From contig NW_024704743.1 of the NCBI RefSeq assembly GCF_018977255.1, positions 112,718,001-112,782,000 of the forward strand: a DNA stretch of 64,000 bases. The letters run 5' to 3'. Shown piece by piece: positions 1 through 13,580 of this stretch (the first letter of the stretch is position 1; each line of letters opens with the position of its first letter). The stretch comes from Callorhinchus milii (Eukaryota). Under the pieces are notes generated by a model that was not told the DNA's origin, made no database searches, and worked only from the letters and a program-made list of their open reading frames with translations. The position numbers and the translations under genes were made by a program.

Positions 1-824
1 TTCTGTTAAGCGCTTTGAGATGTCTCGAAGACGCAATAAGGCGCTATATCAAATGCAAGGATTAGTATTATATTGTAGTACAGTGAAGTAGAGTATTGAT
101 GTATCAAGTAGATACCACTTTTTTTTCCAAGTGCTGGAATACATCATGAACCTTATACTTTCCAACCTGACCCAAGCTGTCAGGGACAGGTGCTAAATGT
201 GTGAGGGACATTGTGAAGAGCATCAAAGTTAAAAGAAGGCAGGACTCTGACTTGGAGACACAAGACTGAAAAGAAGGCAAGGGGCTGAGGTAGCCGAGGT
301 CCCGAAATATTAACCTATTTTATCTCTTGCAGGTGCTATAGATTTGGGCCATTTCTATATTGAATACATGTTCTTACTGACTTGTCACTCACGGTGCATC
401 CCTGTGCTCGGATATCATTCCACCCTCCGGCAGTACGATTACACTTCTTATATTTATTTACATTTGAATTGTCTCTAAAGGTAAGCAGATAAATGCAATT
501 TTGCTGCAACATGTTGCAGTCTGTAAGGCAACATGCACTTACAGGGAAGTGTGGTCACTGCCCCCATCTGACTCATCTTTTTCAGGTTTTTCCAGCAGAG
601 CTGCCGATTCATAGCAATGACTGAGGCTGAATGAAAATCAGTTGCAGATAAGCTATAATCTCAATAGAGTGGTGGGCTCTATTTTGTGGATGAAAATCTA
701 TTAAGCTATAAACTCAATAGAGTTTCGCCTACAAAATACAGTCAATCCACTTTACAATATGCAGTGAAGCGCTTTGAGACATTTTGTCGACGTCAAATGC
801 AAGGATTATATTATTATTATATAG

Positions 825-954
825 CTGGTTTGAAATAATGCAAATGCCCTTGGAAGTTGAGCACAGAACATGCTCTGACTTCAGTATTTTATTTTTGGTC
901 AGCCGGGTGTCTGACACATGCTTAAGAGTATCAAAACCAAACTGAGAACTCCAA
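825..954 (+). pseudogene. GREB1-like pseudo-exon (SWFEIMQMPLEVEHRTCSDFSILFLVSRVSDTCLRVSKPN*ELQ)
   Basis: Bounded by ag and gtatgt, one TGA; only loosely similar to the GREB1 DFLICIPPSEV...VW region. Confidence 0.45.
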
Positions 955-1138
955 GTATGTATGTCACCTATGCATGAAAATTTCCATGTCTGGAATGAAA
1001 TGCACACTCTCTCCCACTCTTTTTATCTAATTCTGGAAAGTATTAAGTGCAGGTCAATAAGAGCCAAGGCTAAGGGATCTCAAAACCTAACGATTTTGCT
1101 GGTATTTAATTAGCAAAATGTGGTTTGCTTAAATTCAG

Positions 1139-1400
1139 CAAAAGTTTGGATTTGTGGTATTCGGACTTGTGATCACTACCCAATGAATCCTGCTGAAGGT
1201 TTACGTTTGTGAGCATCCGAGGATGAAATTTATTATTGTCTTCGTCTTGAGGCCATTGTTTTAAAATTTAAGATTGCGCATCATCTGGGAAATTGCTTAA
1301 ATACAGGCTTAATTTGGAGCCTGGTTTTCTGCAGTTCTTAAAAAGAAATGAACCTTTCCCATATCACAGTGTCTTTGCAGTCTTCACACATGATCAAAAG
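1139..1400 (+). pseudogene. GREB1-like pseudo-exon region (FLKRNEPFPYHSVFAVFTHDQ)
   Basis: 1335-1399 resembles GREB1 FLQNSFQNPHTLFVLIHDH; the upstream part gives E.YV....KF with a frameshift. Confidence 0.55.
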
Positions 1401-2318
1401 TATTAGAAATTTTTCACAGTCTAAACTAAACAAATACTGTAACATTAATAAAACCAGGGATAAGAGTGGAAACAAATTAATCTGTTTTTCAGGCATAAAT
1501 CCTGATTTCTACAACTGTAATTATGCAGATTAGAAAAATACATTTCTGATAGTTTTGCACATGAGAATGAGCGACTAAGTAAATATGTTAGTTTCTGAAT
1601 ATTTTTCATTTCTTCACCTGGAATGTTACATTTGTCACAAAGTCGTTCCCATTTCTGCCTCCACAAGTCATTGGACTGTAAATATCTCTTGGCTTTTGTT
1701 TTATTCAGTCAGGTCTACTCACATAAGTATTGTATAACACTGTGAATTATCTGTCTCGTATTTTAGACTACTGTTCTCATGCCCTACAGGAATTTACTGA
1801 GACTGTGCAACTGTCCCAATACTTGTCCCTAAAGTAGGGTAGAATTTATTTAGTATATGTTTGCAGTTACAATGAAGCACTGTACACTGTGCCAGCAAAC
1901 AAACTCATGTGATTTGCTTCATGCCTCCCTCTTCCCCGAAAGTCAACAGCAACTATAACAACAATGTACACTGATACAGCACCTTTCACATAGGCGATCA
2001 TCTCAAAGTGCTAAACACTGAGTGTGTATTCTCCTAAAGAGCGAGCTGACCTCTCACGCTCACATTTCTCCTTGCAACTCTAGTCTTAATGAACTTGGCA
2101 AACAACTTCCCTCCACTACCCTGTTCTGTTCGACCACTATACCATCATAATTTCGCCCACAAAATACACAGTCAATCATTTTACCGTATATTCTATGAAG
2201 CGCTTTGATATGTCTCGAAGACATGATAAGGAACTACATCAAATGTAAGGATTATTATTATTTCAGGATTCTATCCTCTTGACCTCTGTTGGATCCTCCA
2301 CGTCTTGTTCAAAGCCTG

Positions 2319-2398
2319 CAATCAATCAATGAATCAATGAATCAATGAATCAATAAATCAATAAATCAATAAATCAATGGATGAATGAATGAATGAAT
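2319..2398. repeat. (AATC/AATG/AATA)n tetranucleotide microsatellite
   Basis: Visible directly. Confidence 0.85.
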
Positions 2399-2452
2399 TA
2401 AAAAATAAAATCATGAGTGATTTTGTCGTAATTATTCTGTTATTGTGTTCAG

Positions 2453-2516
2453 ATTCCTGTGAGTGCAATTACATCTCTCGAAAAATGCAAGGAAATTTTT
2501 GGTGCATTAAATGAAT
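2453..2516 (+). pseudogene. GREB1-like pseudo-exon (IPVSAITSLEKCKEIFGALNE)
   Basis: Strong ttcag acceptor and gtgagt donor; L..C[KR]E...A.N pattern as in GREB1. Confidence 0.65.
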
Positions 2517-3489
2517 GTGAGTGTTGATAGCTACCGCTGATTATGTGACATCTGCCCTCACCACCACCTCCCCCCCCCCCCCCCCCCCCCACACACACTG
2601 TTAGTGAGGGGAGAGTGTGAGCAGCCAATGTCTGATAATAATCCTTACATTTGGTATCATAACTTTCACGGTTGGGAGGATGTCATAAAGTGCTTCACAG
2701 GATTTACTATAAAGTGCAGTGACTGTGTGTTTGTGTTCAAACTATCATGATATGAAGCCTACGAATGCACTGCAGCAACACAGTAAGTTATTTGAAACTG
2801 TTACGTGGCCGATGGGAGTGATATATTTATAAAAAAAATTTGGCAACACAAGTCTCGACATGAAGTAATGCCTGAGATGAATATCATAGTCCGTGTGCCT
2901 ACTCTTCTCCATTTAGCATGAATTAGCAGTGGCAGTGGTGTCTAACACATGTCTTTCGCCAACAGCAGGAAACTTTACATAACATGTTTATAAAGGGAAA
3001 TCCTATTATAAACACATACAAAAGGATATGTGTTGGACTTGAATGACCCAGGTGCCACACAGCACTCTCCCTTCCCTTACTAACAGTGTGGGACTACTTC
3101 ACACGAACAGGAAGCATTTATCACTTGCAATGCAGTACATTTACATTTACAATCCATGTATTTGTCACGTCCAGGCTTCACCACGCCAACGCCTTGCTCA
3201 CTGGACTACCCAACTCTTCCCTACACATGCCGCAGTCTATTCAGAACTCTGCAGTTTGTTTCCTTTCCCACATTAGGTTCCGCGAGCCTATCTGCCATCT
3301 CCTCAAACTGTACCCACAAGTTTGCTCCCTTCGTTGAGTGGGCATGTCCCCTAATACTACCCGCCCCACTAACAGCTGCCCAGCATTCAGCCTATTGCCC
3401 CAACGCTCTGGAACTCCAATCCAGAGTCCCTTCCAACTTGCCCTCTTCCTCACTTCTTTCAACTGAGCCAGGGCTGGGGCTTCTGATCA

Positions 3490-3880
3490 TTGTTCAGTAC
3501 GATGGAAAGTCTGCCTCGGGATTTGAGCTCATAGTCCAGGTAGGATGATCCTCCAATGCAGTGCTGCGGAAGTGCTGGATTCTCGGAGTTGCCAGCCTTC
3601 AGATTAGACATGAAAACGAGGACCCATCTGCCTATTTGTGTTGATGTTAAAGATCCCGTGGCATTGTTCAAGAAAAGAGAAGGGACTTTCTACCGGTGTG
3701 TCTGATACAAATGGTCATTCACTTTATGGCTGTTTATGGGACCTCACTGTGCACAAATGAACTGCTGCACTTGCCTACAAATTATACAGTCACTACACTT
3801 TATATGAAAACTCTGTGAAGCACTTTGAGACATTTCAACGTGCTAAGACAATATCTCAAATGCAAGGGAAATTATTATTA
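3490..3880 (+). mobile_element. Old DeuSINE-type SINE
   Basis: Deu-domain-like segment (cagtgctgcggaagtgctg...gttaaagatcccgtggcattgttcaagaaaagag) followed by the L2-type tail. Confidence 0.7.
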
Positions 3881-3894
3881 CGTGTGGATTTCAG

Positions 3895-4219
3895 TTGATA
3901 ATAGAATCAGACTTGGCTGTGCTGCCATCGTCCCCAATTGCTCTGACACACCTGACGACACATACGGAATTGCACGCCAACTGCATCAGGAGAGGAGGGG
4001 AGAGAATTGGAGGGGAGGAAATCCTGTTTGCACCCATGTGGGAAGCAGAGTACACACTGACAGTGCATCAGAGGATAGGAACTTTCACAAACGTCACTGT
4101 GAGGGGAAGAAGAGAAAGCATTTCATTTACATGGAACCGTGCACAATTACTGTGAACTGTGCTGCACGTAATAGCATTGATATGCTGTGAAACCACATCC
4201 TTCAGAGATTAAAAAAAGT
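3895..4219 (+). pseudogene. GREB1-like pseudo-exon with frameshift
   Basis: SSPIALTHLTTHTELH vs SFPYALQTQHTLISPYNEIH; a second frame gives EDRNF vs YDSSF; gtgagt donor at 4220. Confidence 0.6.
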
Positions 4220-4257
4220 GTGAGTCAATCTGAGGAATATAGGAATTGCACAAATAG

Positions 4258-4568
4258 GGTGTGTTTCGAAGTATGAACTCTTCTGGTGAAACCTAACACT
4301 CCTGATTCGACCTGTACCGATCTGAACTTGCCAAAGAAGAATGGAATTTGGGTGAACTTTCTTTAAACAGAAGGCAATTGCTCATAATAAACCTGGTACA
4401 TTTTGGAGGCTATGAGTTCATCTCAGGATTTGGATACCATAATCTGCCTGAACTGCACTCTCGTGGTTTATGCCATCCTTTCAACAAGATTAGAGAGTTT
4501 ACAGCCCAGAAGCAGAATATTTGGCTCATGGTGTCTAATCCTGTGTTTGTTCCTGCACAAGGCTGCAG
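4258..4568 (+). pseudogene. GREB1-like pseudo-exon
   Basis: SSGET*..*FDLYRS vs TSVETLEITQNLLNS; GYHNLPELHSRGLCHPF vs AYERLAHVRARLALEEHF; CAG|gtgcga donor. Confidence 0.6.
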
Positions 4569-5786
4569 GTGCGACATACTGGCCTAACTCTACACCGCAC
4601 TGCACCAGACAAACACTATGTTTCGCCCACAAAATATACAGTCAATTCACTTTATAGTATGTCCTGTAAAGCACTTTAAGATGTCTCGAAGATGTGATAA
4701 GGCGCTGTATCAGATGCAAGGATTATTATTATGTGTATCAGAATGTAGTCGGATATCATCCGTCTATATGCAAACAGTGATCATGTGCACTTACCCGAAC
4801 CAAGTCGAAAGCTTTGCTTTGTAATAATAATATTATTATAATAATCGTTGCAAATGAGATGTTCACCAGAAAATTTGCATTCCACAACTGAATATAACAA
4901 AATATTGCTTTTAATAGCCTAAAGATGATTGTTAACATGTTCTTCACTGAACGCTGTTTCCCATAATCCCAACAAAATCACAATTTTTACACAAGAATTA
5001 AATCACTAGCGATTTTGTTAGCATTGGTTCAGCAATTTTATTAATCTTTGCAAGTTTAGTAACATTTTAAAGAACAGATGGTGCTTTAATTATCAAGGAA
5101 CCCGAATGCAGCAGTTCTGTATCCCTGTTTATCCTACAAGATTTCTGAATTCTATATGGAAAGGGCAGACCATAAATCACACAGTTGTCTGCATCATTGC
5201 TTTTCGTGGAACCATTTCTATATTTATGAAAATGGAAAAAAAGAAGAGTTTGCCTTTTACAGCAACTATAACATTGAAATCTCAAAGAGCATGACAATAA
5301 TTATTGTCAGGTGTAGTAACTGCTTTTTGTAGACGAACACTACCAACAGTACCTTTGGATCAACTTTAAGATTCTTGTCCTGACCATCCTGACCCCATCA
5401 CTATCTAGCACATCCTAGTTTAAGCTCTCCAAAATGCTACCCTGCATGAAGGGCGCTATATAAATGCAAGTTGTTGATGTTATGCAGTCTTCTGCACTAC
5501 TTTCCTGCCTTTGTCCTCCCTCCACACTTTCTGACTCTGGTCTTTGCTCACTCAACATTCCTTCCGTTCACCACTCGTGCCTTCAGCCTCAATGCTCTTT
5601 CTTCTGAAACTCTCTTCCAAAATGTTTTCACATTGTTTCCTCTCTACCTGCCTCCAAAACCCTAACCATGCTTTTAGTCAAAAATCTTAAATTCCCCTGA
5701 ACTCTCTTACATTTCTCCTTGCTTGGTGTTACCCTAAATTAAAATTGTTATTTAAGTGTAAGTTCTTACAGCAACTTATTAATAAA

Positions 5787-6169
5787 AATAATAATCCTTG
5801 CATTTTATATTGCACCTTATCACATCTTCGACACATCTCAAAGCACTTTACAGAATATACTGGAAAGTGAATTGACTGTATTTTTTTGGACAAAACGCGG
5901 TAGTCAATTGCGCACAGCAGTGTCCAACAAACCGTCATGGATTGAGTGACCAAATTGCTATTATTGTTATTTTCTTTTTTTGAATGGATTAATACACCCA
6001 GAAAATCGGTCCCCCAATCGCCTAACAACTGGGTTCCTACTTAATGCTAATTAAACAGAGGCGTATGGAGTAATCAAACTTGTCCAACATTTCACCCCAT
6101 CCAGGAATCGAACCTAGGTCCTCTCGCTTGCAAGGCAACTGCTCTAACCACTGAGCTACAGGACTCCAC
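5787..6169 (-). mobile_element. tRNA-headed, L2-tailed SINE, long form, full length
   Basis: GGAGTCCTGTAGCTCAGTGG head with A/B boxes; central CC.TG..CAAGTT..GTAAGTAGGAACCC segment; (ATT)n tail. Confidence 0.9.
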
Positions 6170-6719
6170 AATATATTGTGCCCTTCTTGGAGGATAACAT
6201 CTCAGACTGCTTAATCTTTGCAGTATGGACTTTCATTGTGAGTTAATGAAATATTACACTTTTTTGAAACAATAAATTTGTAAGACTGGGTGCAATGACA
6301 GCACTGTGCTTCTAAATCAATTGCTCTCCTATTTTTGAATGTAATGAGCAATTTACTCATAACCAATTTATTTTCTTGATTCCATGAATTCAAACAACTA
6401 GCCCTAGAAAGCACTAAAGGATTCCAGAGAGGAACTAGACAAGTTGATGTCGACTAAACGATTTAAGAGCTATTAGATTTAGAGACATATATCAAAAAGA
6501 TCTTGTGGAAAATTGATTGGGTGGACTAAGTCCGAATGATAGTTTGCTCCATTCTGAACTGTTACTGTTATTAGATTACTTTGTGACTGAAAAGCATTTT
6601 TTAAAATTTAATTAACTTCTTTTTTAAATTGTGCAATGGCCATTTCAGTGGAACGAGGATCTACTGGAACTCCAGACACTGTTATTCTACTTTTCTTTCA
6701 GTTTCATTCTGCCTTGCAG

Positions 6720-7158
6720 TTTACTCCACAAAATATTGTATAGGAAACATTTTTAGTTGCCAGACCCTGACTCCCTGCAGCAAGGCCAATGTCTGTCTTC
6801 TGTGTTAGCGGGCAGCTGTTATGTTACAGAATATTTCATTAGAGGTGCTGTTGCCAACTTTGCCATTTAAACAAATGAAGTTCATTTTACATAACCCCTA
6901 ATAATTTTTTATTTTAGGTGGCAATAACAAGAGTGCAGGAGCTGAGCAAATCTATCAAGGACATTTGTCTTGAAAAATACCGAAAATACAGGTTGCCAGG
7001 TAATACCACTGTCTGGCATAATGTCCTACTCAAGAGAAGTGAGGTGTGAAGATTTCATGCTGCTATTCCATGCAGATTCCGTCTGGTCCATTTGTTAATA
7101 CATTACACACACTTTGTCACAATGGGGTACTAACTATATGCAGTTTATCCAAAGGGAT
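6720..7158 (+). pseudogene. GREB1-like pseudo-exons (~6720-6844, 6918-6999, 7076-7158) covering the decayed P-loop region
   Basis: ILYRKHF*LPDP vs LYYRQWTVPRP; VAITRV vs IGKTGA directly after a strong acceptor; PF....H.........ICS...G gapless match. Confidence 0.7.
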
Positions 7159-7209
7159 GTAATTCTGAGCAGCGACTTTTATAATTAAAGCAGAAGTGGC
7201 TCACTTCAA

Positions 7210-9460
7210 TTTGCTTCGCGACCACATCACTCCCACCCTCGCTCGCTTCCACTGGCTCCCCATCCCCCAGAGGATCGAATTCAAGATTCTCATCCTCACC
7301 TACAAGGCCATTCACGGCCTTGCTCCCTCCTACCTCTCTGACCTACTATCCCCCTACCTACCTGCCCGTACCCTCCGTTCCTCTGGCTCCGGTCTGCTCC
7401 ACATCCCCTGCCCCAACCGCCCTACCATCGGTGGCCGGGCCTTCAGCCTCTCAGCCCCTAGGCTCTGGAACTCTATCCCCCGGTGCCTTCGCCTTGCCTC
7501 CTCCCTTTCCTCCTTCAAGGCCGGTCTCAAGACTTTGACCGTGCCTTCAGCTCCCCTCTCGACTCTCTACCCCCTCCTCGCTTCCTCCCTTCCCTCCCCT
7601 CACCCTGACCATTTCCCCCTTGCTCGGGTCCTGAGCCAACTGTACAGCGCCTTGGGACGTCCTCCCGACGTGAAAGGTGCTCTATAAATAGAATCTTGTT
7701 GTTGTTGTTGTTTTGTTGATATGGATTACATTAATTGTCGTTGAGGCTGCTGGCTTGCCTTTGCAAATTCCCTGCTTGTCAGCCTCCATAACTCTTCCCA
7801 CCATAGGCTGCAGATCATCCAGAACTCTACAGCCCGTGTCCTCTTCCGCACCAGGCTCCATGAACCTATTACCCCCATCCTTGTCCGACTCCACCGGCTT
7901 CCCATCACACAGGGGATACAGTTCAAGATCCTGGTCCTCACCTTCAAAGCCCTCCATGGCGTTGCTTCCCCCTACCTCTGCAACCTCCTAACCCCCTATC
8001 ATCCTGCCTGCTCCTTCCTCTCAGCGGGTTCCAGCTTGCTTCATGTCCCCCACCTCGCCCGCTCCATCATTGGTGGACGGGCCTACAGCCACTTTGCCCC
8101 CACCCTCTAAAACTCCATCCCACAGTCCCTCGCCTTGCCCCCTTCCTTGCCTCCTTCAAGACCCATCTCAGGACCCTCCACTTTGACCGTGCCTTCAATC
8201 ACCCCCCTTCCCCCCTGCCCTCCACCCTCCCAAATCCCAACCTCCAGCTCGGATCCAAAACACCAATTGTCCAGCACCTTGGGACATCTTCCCGAAGGCG
8301 CCGTACAAATGAAATTTTGTTGTTGTTGTTGTGTAGTTAAGGTGCTGTTGTGCAAGGTTGCAAGGACATGGGTCTCTATATTATTTTCATTTTGCATCAA
8401 ATTGAGAGTTTAACTCAAACCCATCACCTGCTCCCTCGTTCCCATCCCCACCTCTCTTCTCATCTCCCAGCTCCACCTTCTGGCCCCTCTCCTGTTCGAC
8501 GTCATCAACCTCTCCTTGTCCATCGGTTCAATTCCCACCCTACTAAAAACAGCTGTCATCACCCCCATCCTGAAAAAACCTTCCCTGGACCCATCCCTCC
8601 TCTCCAGCTACCGACCCATCTCTAACCTCCCAATCCTCTGAAAGATCCTGGAACAAGTCGTCGTATCCCAGCTCTCGCCATTCCCTCTTTGAACCCCTCC
8701 AATCCAGTTTCCACGCTGCCCATAGCACAGAAACAGCCCTGGTCAAAGTCACTAATGACAATCTGAACATCTGATTGGCTTGCAGCAGCGCCTCTGCACC
8801 TCGGGCTCTGGCACATCCATCTCCATGGTTGCACACTACATCTCACCAAGCCAGTCAGGAACCTAGGTGTCTTGTTTGATTTTCAACTGTCTTTTCTTCC
8901 CCACAGTCAAGCCATGACCCGCTCTGCCTTCCCTCACCTCTGTAACATCGCCCGACTCCGCCACTACCTCACCCCTCAGGCCGCTGAAACTCTTGTTCAT
9001 GCCTTCATCACCTCCAGGCTCAACTATGCAAACACCCTGCTTGTCGGCCTTCCCAACTCCTCCCTCCACAGGCTGCAGATAATCCAGAACTCTGCATCTC
9101 GTGTCCCCTCCCACACCAAACTCCGTGACCCCATCCTACCTCTGTGACCTCCTAACCCCCTACCAACCTGCCCGCTCCCTCCACTCAGCCGGCTCCGGTC
9201 TGCTCCATGTCCCCCAAACCACCCGCTCCACCTCTGGAATTCCATCCCCCAATTACTCCGCCTCGCTTCCTCCTTAGCCTCCGTCAATTCCCTTCCTCAA
9301 AACCCTCCTCTTCGACCATGCCATCGGTCACCCCCCTTCCCCTTCCCTCCTTTCTACCCCTTGACCCCAGCTTAGGTCTGAAATGCTGTACACTGTCCAG
9401 CGCCTTGGGACGTCCTCCCGACGTGAAAGGCGCTATACAAATGTAATCTTGTTGTTGTAT
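7210..9460 (+). mobile_element. Tandem L2 LINE 3' fragments (7210-7715 young; 7770-8330; 8410-9460)
   Basis: [32 protein letters not shown]2 C-terminus; 3' stem-loop and (TTG)n tails. Confidence 0.92.
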
Positions 9461-9714
9461 TGCAACACTGGAAATGTTTCTAGAGATCTTTTAGATCTTT
9501 TATGTAATGCACAAAAATATATAATTTTAAGAAAAATGGAGGTGAGGCTGCAGCTGTGCACCAGTTCTATAAAGATTAAATAACAATTACATGTTACATG
9601 GAAGAACAGTTACTGTGAAGCGCTCTGAGATGCCGTCTGGTGTGGATGGCGCTATATAAATTCAAGTTGTTGTTGTTGATAATAAGGCACAGAAACAGCC
9701 AATTCACAAGATCA

Positions 9715-10050
9715 CAAGATTTGTCTAAATGAAGAAGGCTCTTCAGTCCATCTGATCTCATTCTTCCAGAACCACTCTACCATCCTCCCATTACTGCAAC
9801 AAGCTGCTTGTTAAATGAGCCTTTGCCACCTTTCCTGGGAACCTGCTCCAGTCATTGATTACTTTCTGTGTAAACTGGTGTCTATCCTGAAATTGCGCTT
9901 TACAATTCTAAACCCATGCTCCCTTGTTCTACTGTCATGATACTTCCTAAACTATTGATCTGGGTTTACTTTTTCAATCCCATTTAAAATGTCATACCCT
10001 CTGAGTAGTCTTATCTCGAGACTGAAGAGCCGTAGCTTGTCTAATCGTTG
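9715..10050 (-). mobile_element. Old CR1 LINE 3' fragment
   Basis: Degenerate reverse-complement similarity to the CR1 copy at 22515-23372. Confidence 0.55.
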
Positions 10051-10641
10051 CTCATAGCTCATTCCACTAACACTCGGCATCACGTTTATTGCAAAATAAG
10101 CCCAACTAGTCCATGCCAATGTTTATATTCCTTACCTGCCTCTGGGTCTCCTATTCCCCTCACCTATAGCACTCTATTCTCTTCTACTTACTTGCTGCTT
10201 GCATATTTCAGTGCTTTTTCAGTCCTATATTTGTAAATAACTAAATAACTAAAAAACCCCACACGCTCCTCATCAGAAAGGAATTCAGACTGTGCCTTTC
10301 CAGCTCCATTGCACCTTATATACTCATGATCGATATCCGAAGCACCACCTTAGAAGCCACTGAAATCAGTGAGATTTCTTTGCAGATCACAACTTCACTC
10401 AGGTCATCATCTTGTGGATAGACACCACAAGGAGGTTCCTATTCACCCTGCAAGTCAAATCCCTAATAGGTAGAGCAATCTAGCTGGACAATCATTGGGA
10501 AGCTTGCCAGACATTGTTCTCAAGCTGTGTGGTTTCAGCTTAGGAAACTTCAGTAGTATCACTATGAGCTCATAGTCTAAGTTTTCACTTCAGTGCTGGG
10601 AGAGACATCACTGAGTGTAAATTGGCTGCCGTGTTCACCAA

Positions 10642-10982
10642 ATAATAATAATAATAATAATCCTTGCATTTGATATAGCGCTTTTCACGTCTTCTAGACG
10701 TCTCAAAGCACTTCACAGAATATGCTGTAAAGTGAATTGACCACATATTTGTGGGCAAACACGGCAGCCGATTGCGCACAGCAGTGTCCCACAAACAGTC
10801 GTGAATTGAAAATAACCAATTTTTTTTATTATTGTGTTTTTTTGTTGTTTTTTGGAGGGTTTATTATTAGGCGTGTAGAGTAAGGAAACTTGCCCAAGGT
10901 TTCACCCTGCCTGGAATTGAATCCAGGTGCCTCGCTTGCAAGACAAGTGCTCTCACTATTGAACTATTGAACAGGACTCCAC
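10642..10982 (-). mobile_element. SINE, short form, full length
   Basis: Same family as 59228-59556. Confidence 0.9.
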
Positions 10983-12327
10983 GTATATAGTCTACAATCA
11001 TACAGTCACTACATTTTACAGTAATATCTTGTGAAGTGCTTGGAGATGTGTTGTGATGTGATGAGGGACTTAATCAAATTCATACTATTACTATTAAGCA
11101 GCACACTCACATGAAGTACTACATACCTGCCTGGCTCAGTAATTGGACTACTAGAACCGCCACAGAGGGTAGGTTTGATTCTGACATTCTATTGCCAAAC
11201 ATGTCACCATGGAGCCAATTCATCTCCAAGGAAACTCCACTCACTTTCCCCCAAGGAGGATAAATTATCTGACATACAATCATTGTGTAAGGAGAGTCTA
11301 ATGGTATAAGTATTGAGACAAACAATGTACCCTGAGACAATGCAGGCTACACATCTATTCACATAGGGGTTTATAAGAATATTAAAAAAAGGAACAATAA
11401 AAGGCTTCCATCTCAGATCATGCAAAACCCACCATCTAATTTACTTCACCCTACAACCAGCAGTCTCACAGCCGCCTACAGATCACTCAATAGCTGAGCA
11501 CAGGAGAAGCAGAGCAGTATGCATGCAAATATTTCTGCATTTTTCTATTGGCCCAGCTCATAGCTCATTCCTCTAACACTGGCCATCGCCCTTATTGCAA
11601 ATTGAGCCCAACTAGTCCATGCCGATGTTTATATTCCATACGTACCCCCACGCCTTCTATTCCCCTCATACTTGTATAGAGCTCCGCTAATGGTATATTG
11701 CTGGTTGTTACCCAGGGACCTTTCAAAATAAGTGAGTTTTCTAACTTTTCAAAATGCATTTAGGCCTTCAAAGCAAACCAAGGAAAAATGTTTTTGGTTT
11801 TTGGTTAGTAAGGTGGAGAGTGGCAATTGTTGGTGATCATCGGCGATAGCAATAACTGCTTCTAAACAATTGTAAATTTCAACACATCAGTGTAGCATTA
11901 GTATTCTCTTTGCTCTCCCAGGATGAGTTCTCATGAGACTGTCTCTGAGCTGTCAACCAGACAGCGGAATGAAACTGTTCAGCCTTTTACATGTTACAGT
12001 GAATTCCTACATTCTCGTTGCAGGCTGAACTGGAAAATGAACCACACAGACTTTCTTCTGTACAGTATACTTACCTCACCTAAAGAATCATTCATCAGTG
12101 AAATGATAAATATCAAGAGGAAGAAGCTGGTCTCTTTTGTCAATGGGTTATTATTCAGTTGTCACCCATTGTTACCGTTAAAACTCAGCTTCAACATTTA
12201 TGTCAAATATTTATCCAGTGCCTTTGGTAATGTTTTTCCACAGTTCAGTAATGATGCAGGAGCTGAGAATGTTTACTCAGTAGAACCCAAAGTCAATACA
12301 GTAGTCAAGCATGCGTCTTTCTTATAA

Positions 12328-12697
12328 TAGTAATAAATAATCCTCGCATTCGATATAGCTCCTTATCATGTCTTCGAGACATCTCAAATCGCTTCACAGA
12401 ATATACTGTAAAATGAATTGACTGTATATTTTGTAGGTAAGCGTGGCAGCCAATTGCGCACAGCAGTGTCCCACAAACAGTTATTGATTGAGTGACCAAA
12501 TTATTGGGGGTTTTTAGGGATTATTACCTGGTAAAAGATTTCTGCCATTTAACTAACAACTAGGTTCATATTTACTGCTCGGTAAACAGAGGCAAGTGGA
12601 GTAAGGAAACTTTCCCAGTGTTTCGCTCTGCCCGGGAATCAAACTCAGGTCCCCTCGCTTGTAATGCAAGTGCTCTAACCACTGAGCTACAGAACTC
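12328..12697 (-). mobile_element. SINE, long form
   Basis: Head, central segment and tail present. Confidence 0.88.
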
Positions 12698-13344
12698 ATC
12701 TGCACCAAAAGAAATGGAAATTCCTTTATTAATGATCATTTCTCTTTTCTCTTCCCCCCTCCCAGTTGGCAAAATATTAAAAGCTACAAAGTTATTTTTG
12801 CCCTCAAAATACGCAGTCACTACACTTTGCAGTAAAGTTTTGTAAAGCACTTTGAGTCGTCTTCTCAGTGTGAAAGTTATAAAAATATATTAACAATATA
12901 TGAAATTCTAACAATAATAATAATCCTTGCATTTGATATAGCACCTTATCATGTCATTAAGACATCTCAAAGTCTTTACTGTGACTACGTACTTTTAGTG
13001 AAAAACGTGAAAGCCAATTTGTACAGCATTGCCCCACAAACATCAATCATAGAATCATAGAATTATATAGCATAGAAGAGGCTATTCGTCCTTAGGTTAC
13101 CGACACAGCCACCAGTGGAAATAGTTTTTCCTTGTTCACCCTATTGAATCCCCTCAAAATTTTGAAAACTTCTATTAAGTCTCCTCTTAACCTTCTCTAC
13201 TCCAAGGAAAATAATCTTAGGTTCATAACAACTGGGTTCATACTCACTGCTACATAAACAGAGGCATGTGAAGTAAGGAAACTTTCCCAAAGTTTCTCCC
13301 TGCCTGGGAATCGAACTCAGGTCGATTTTCGACTCCAACCCCAG

Positions 13345-13580
13345 TGCCTTCGCCTTGCTTCCTCCCTTTCCTCCTTCACGGCCGGTCTCAAGACCTTTCT
13401 CTTCAACCATGTCTTCACCTCCCCTCTCGACTCTCTACCACCTCCTCGCTCCCTCTCTTCCCTCCCCTTACCCTGACCATTTCCTCCCTGCTCGGGTCCC
13501 GACCCAACTGTCCAGCGCCTTGGGATGTCCTCCCGACGTGAAAGGCGCTCTATAAATGCAATATTGTTGTTGTTGTTGTT
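13345..13580 (+). mobile_element. L2 3' end
   Basis: Stem-loop GCGCCTTGGGATGTCCTCCCGACGTGAAAGGCGC and (TTG)n tail. Confidence 0.88.

Noticed and set aside
333..4220. In-frame TGA codons in the relic read as selenocysteine
   Set aside because: TAA and TAG stops and frameshifts also occur, which fits ordinary decay.
4795..4918. Minus-strand exon-like segment with gtaagt donor (AIKSNILLYSVVECKF...), considered as LY96
   Set aside because: No MD-2 similarity, includes an ATT microsatellite, overlaps the plus-strand relic, and has no partner exons.
10040..11670. ~125-nt repeat pair at ~10050-10165 and ~11556-11670
   Set aside because: The reverse complement resembles the CR1 3' UTR seen at ~23310, so these are probably ordinary LINE tails.
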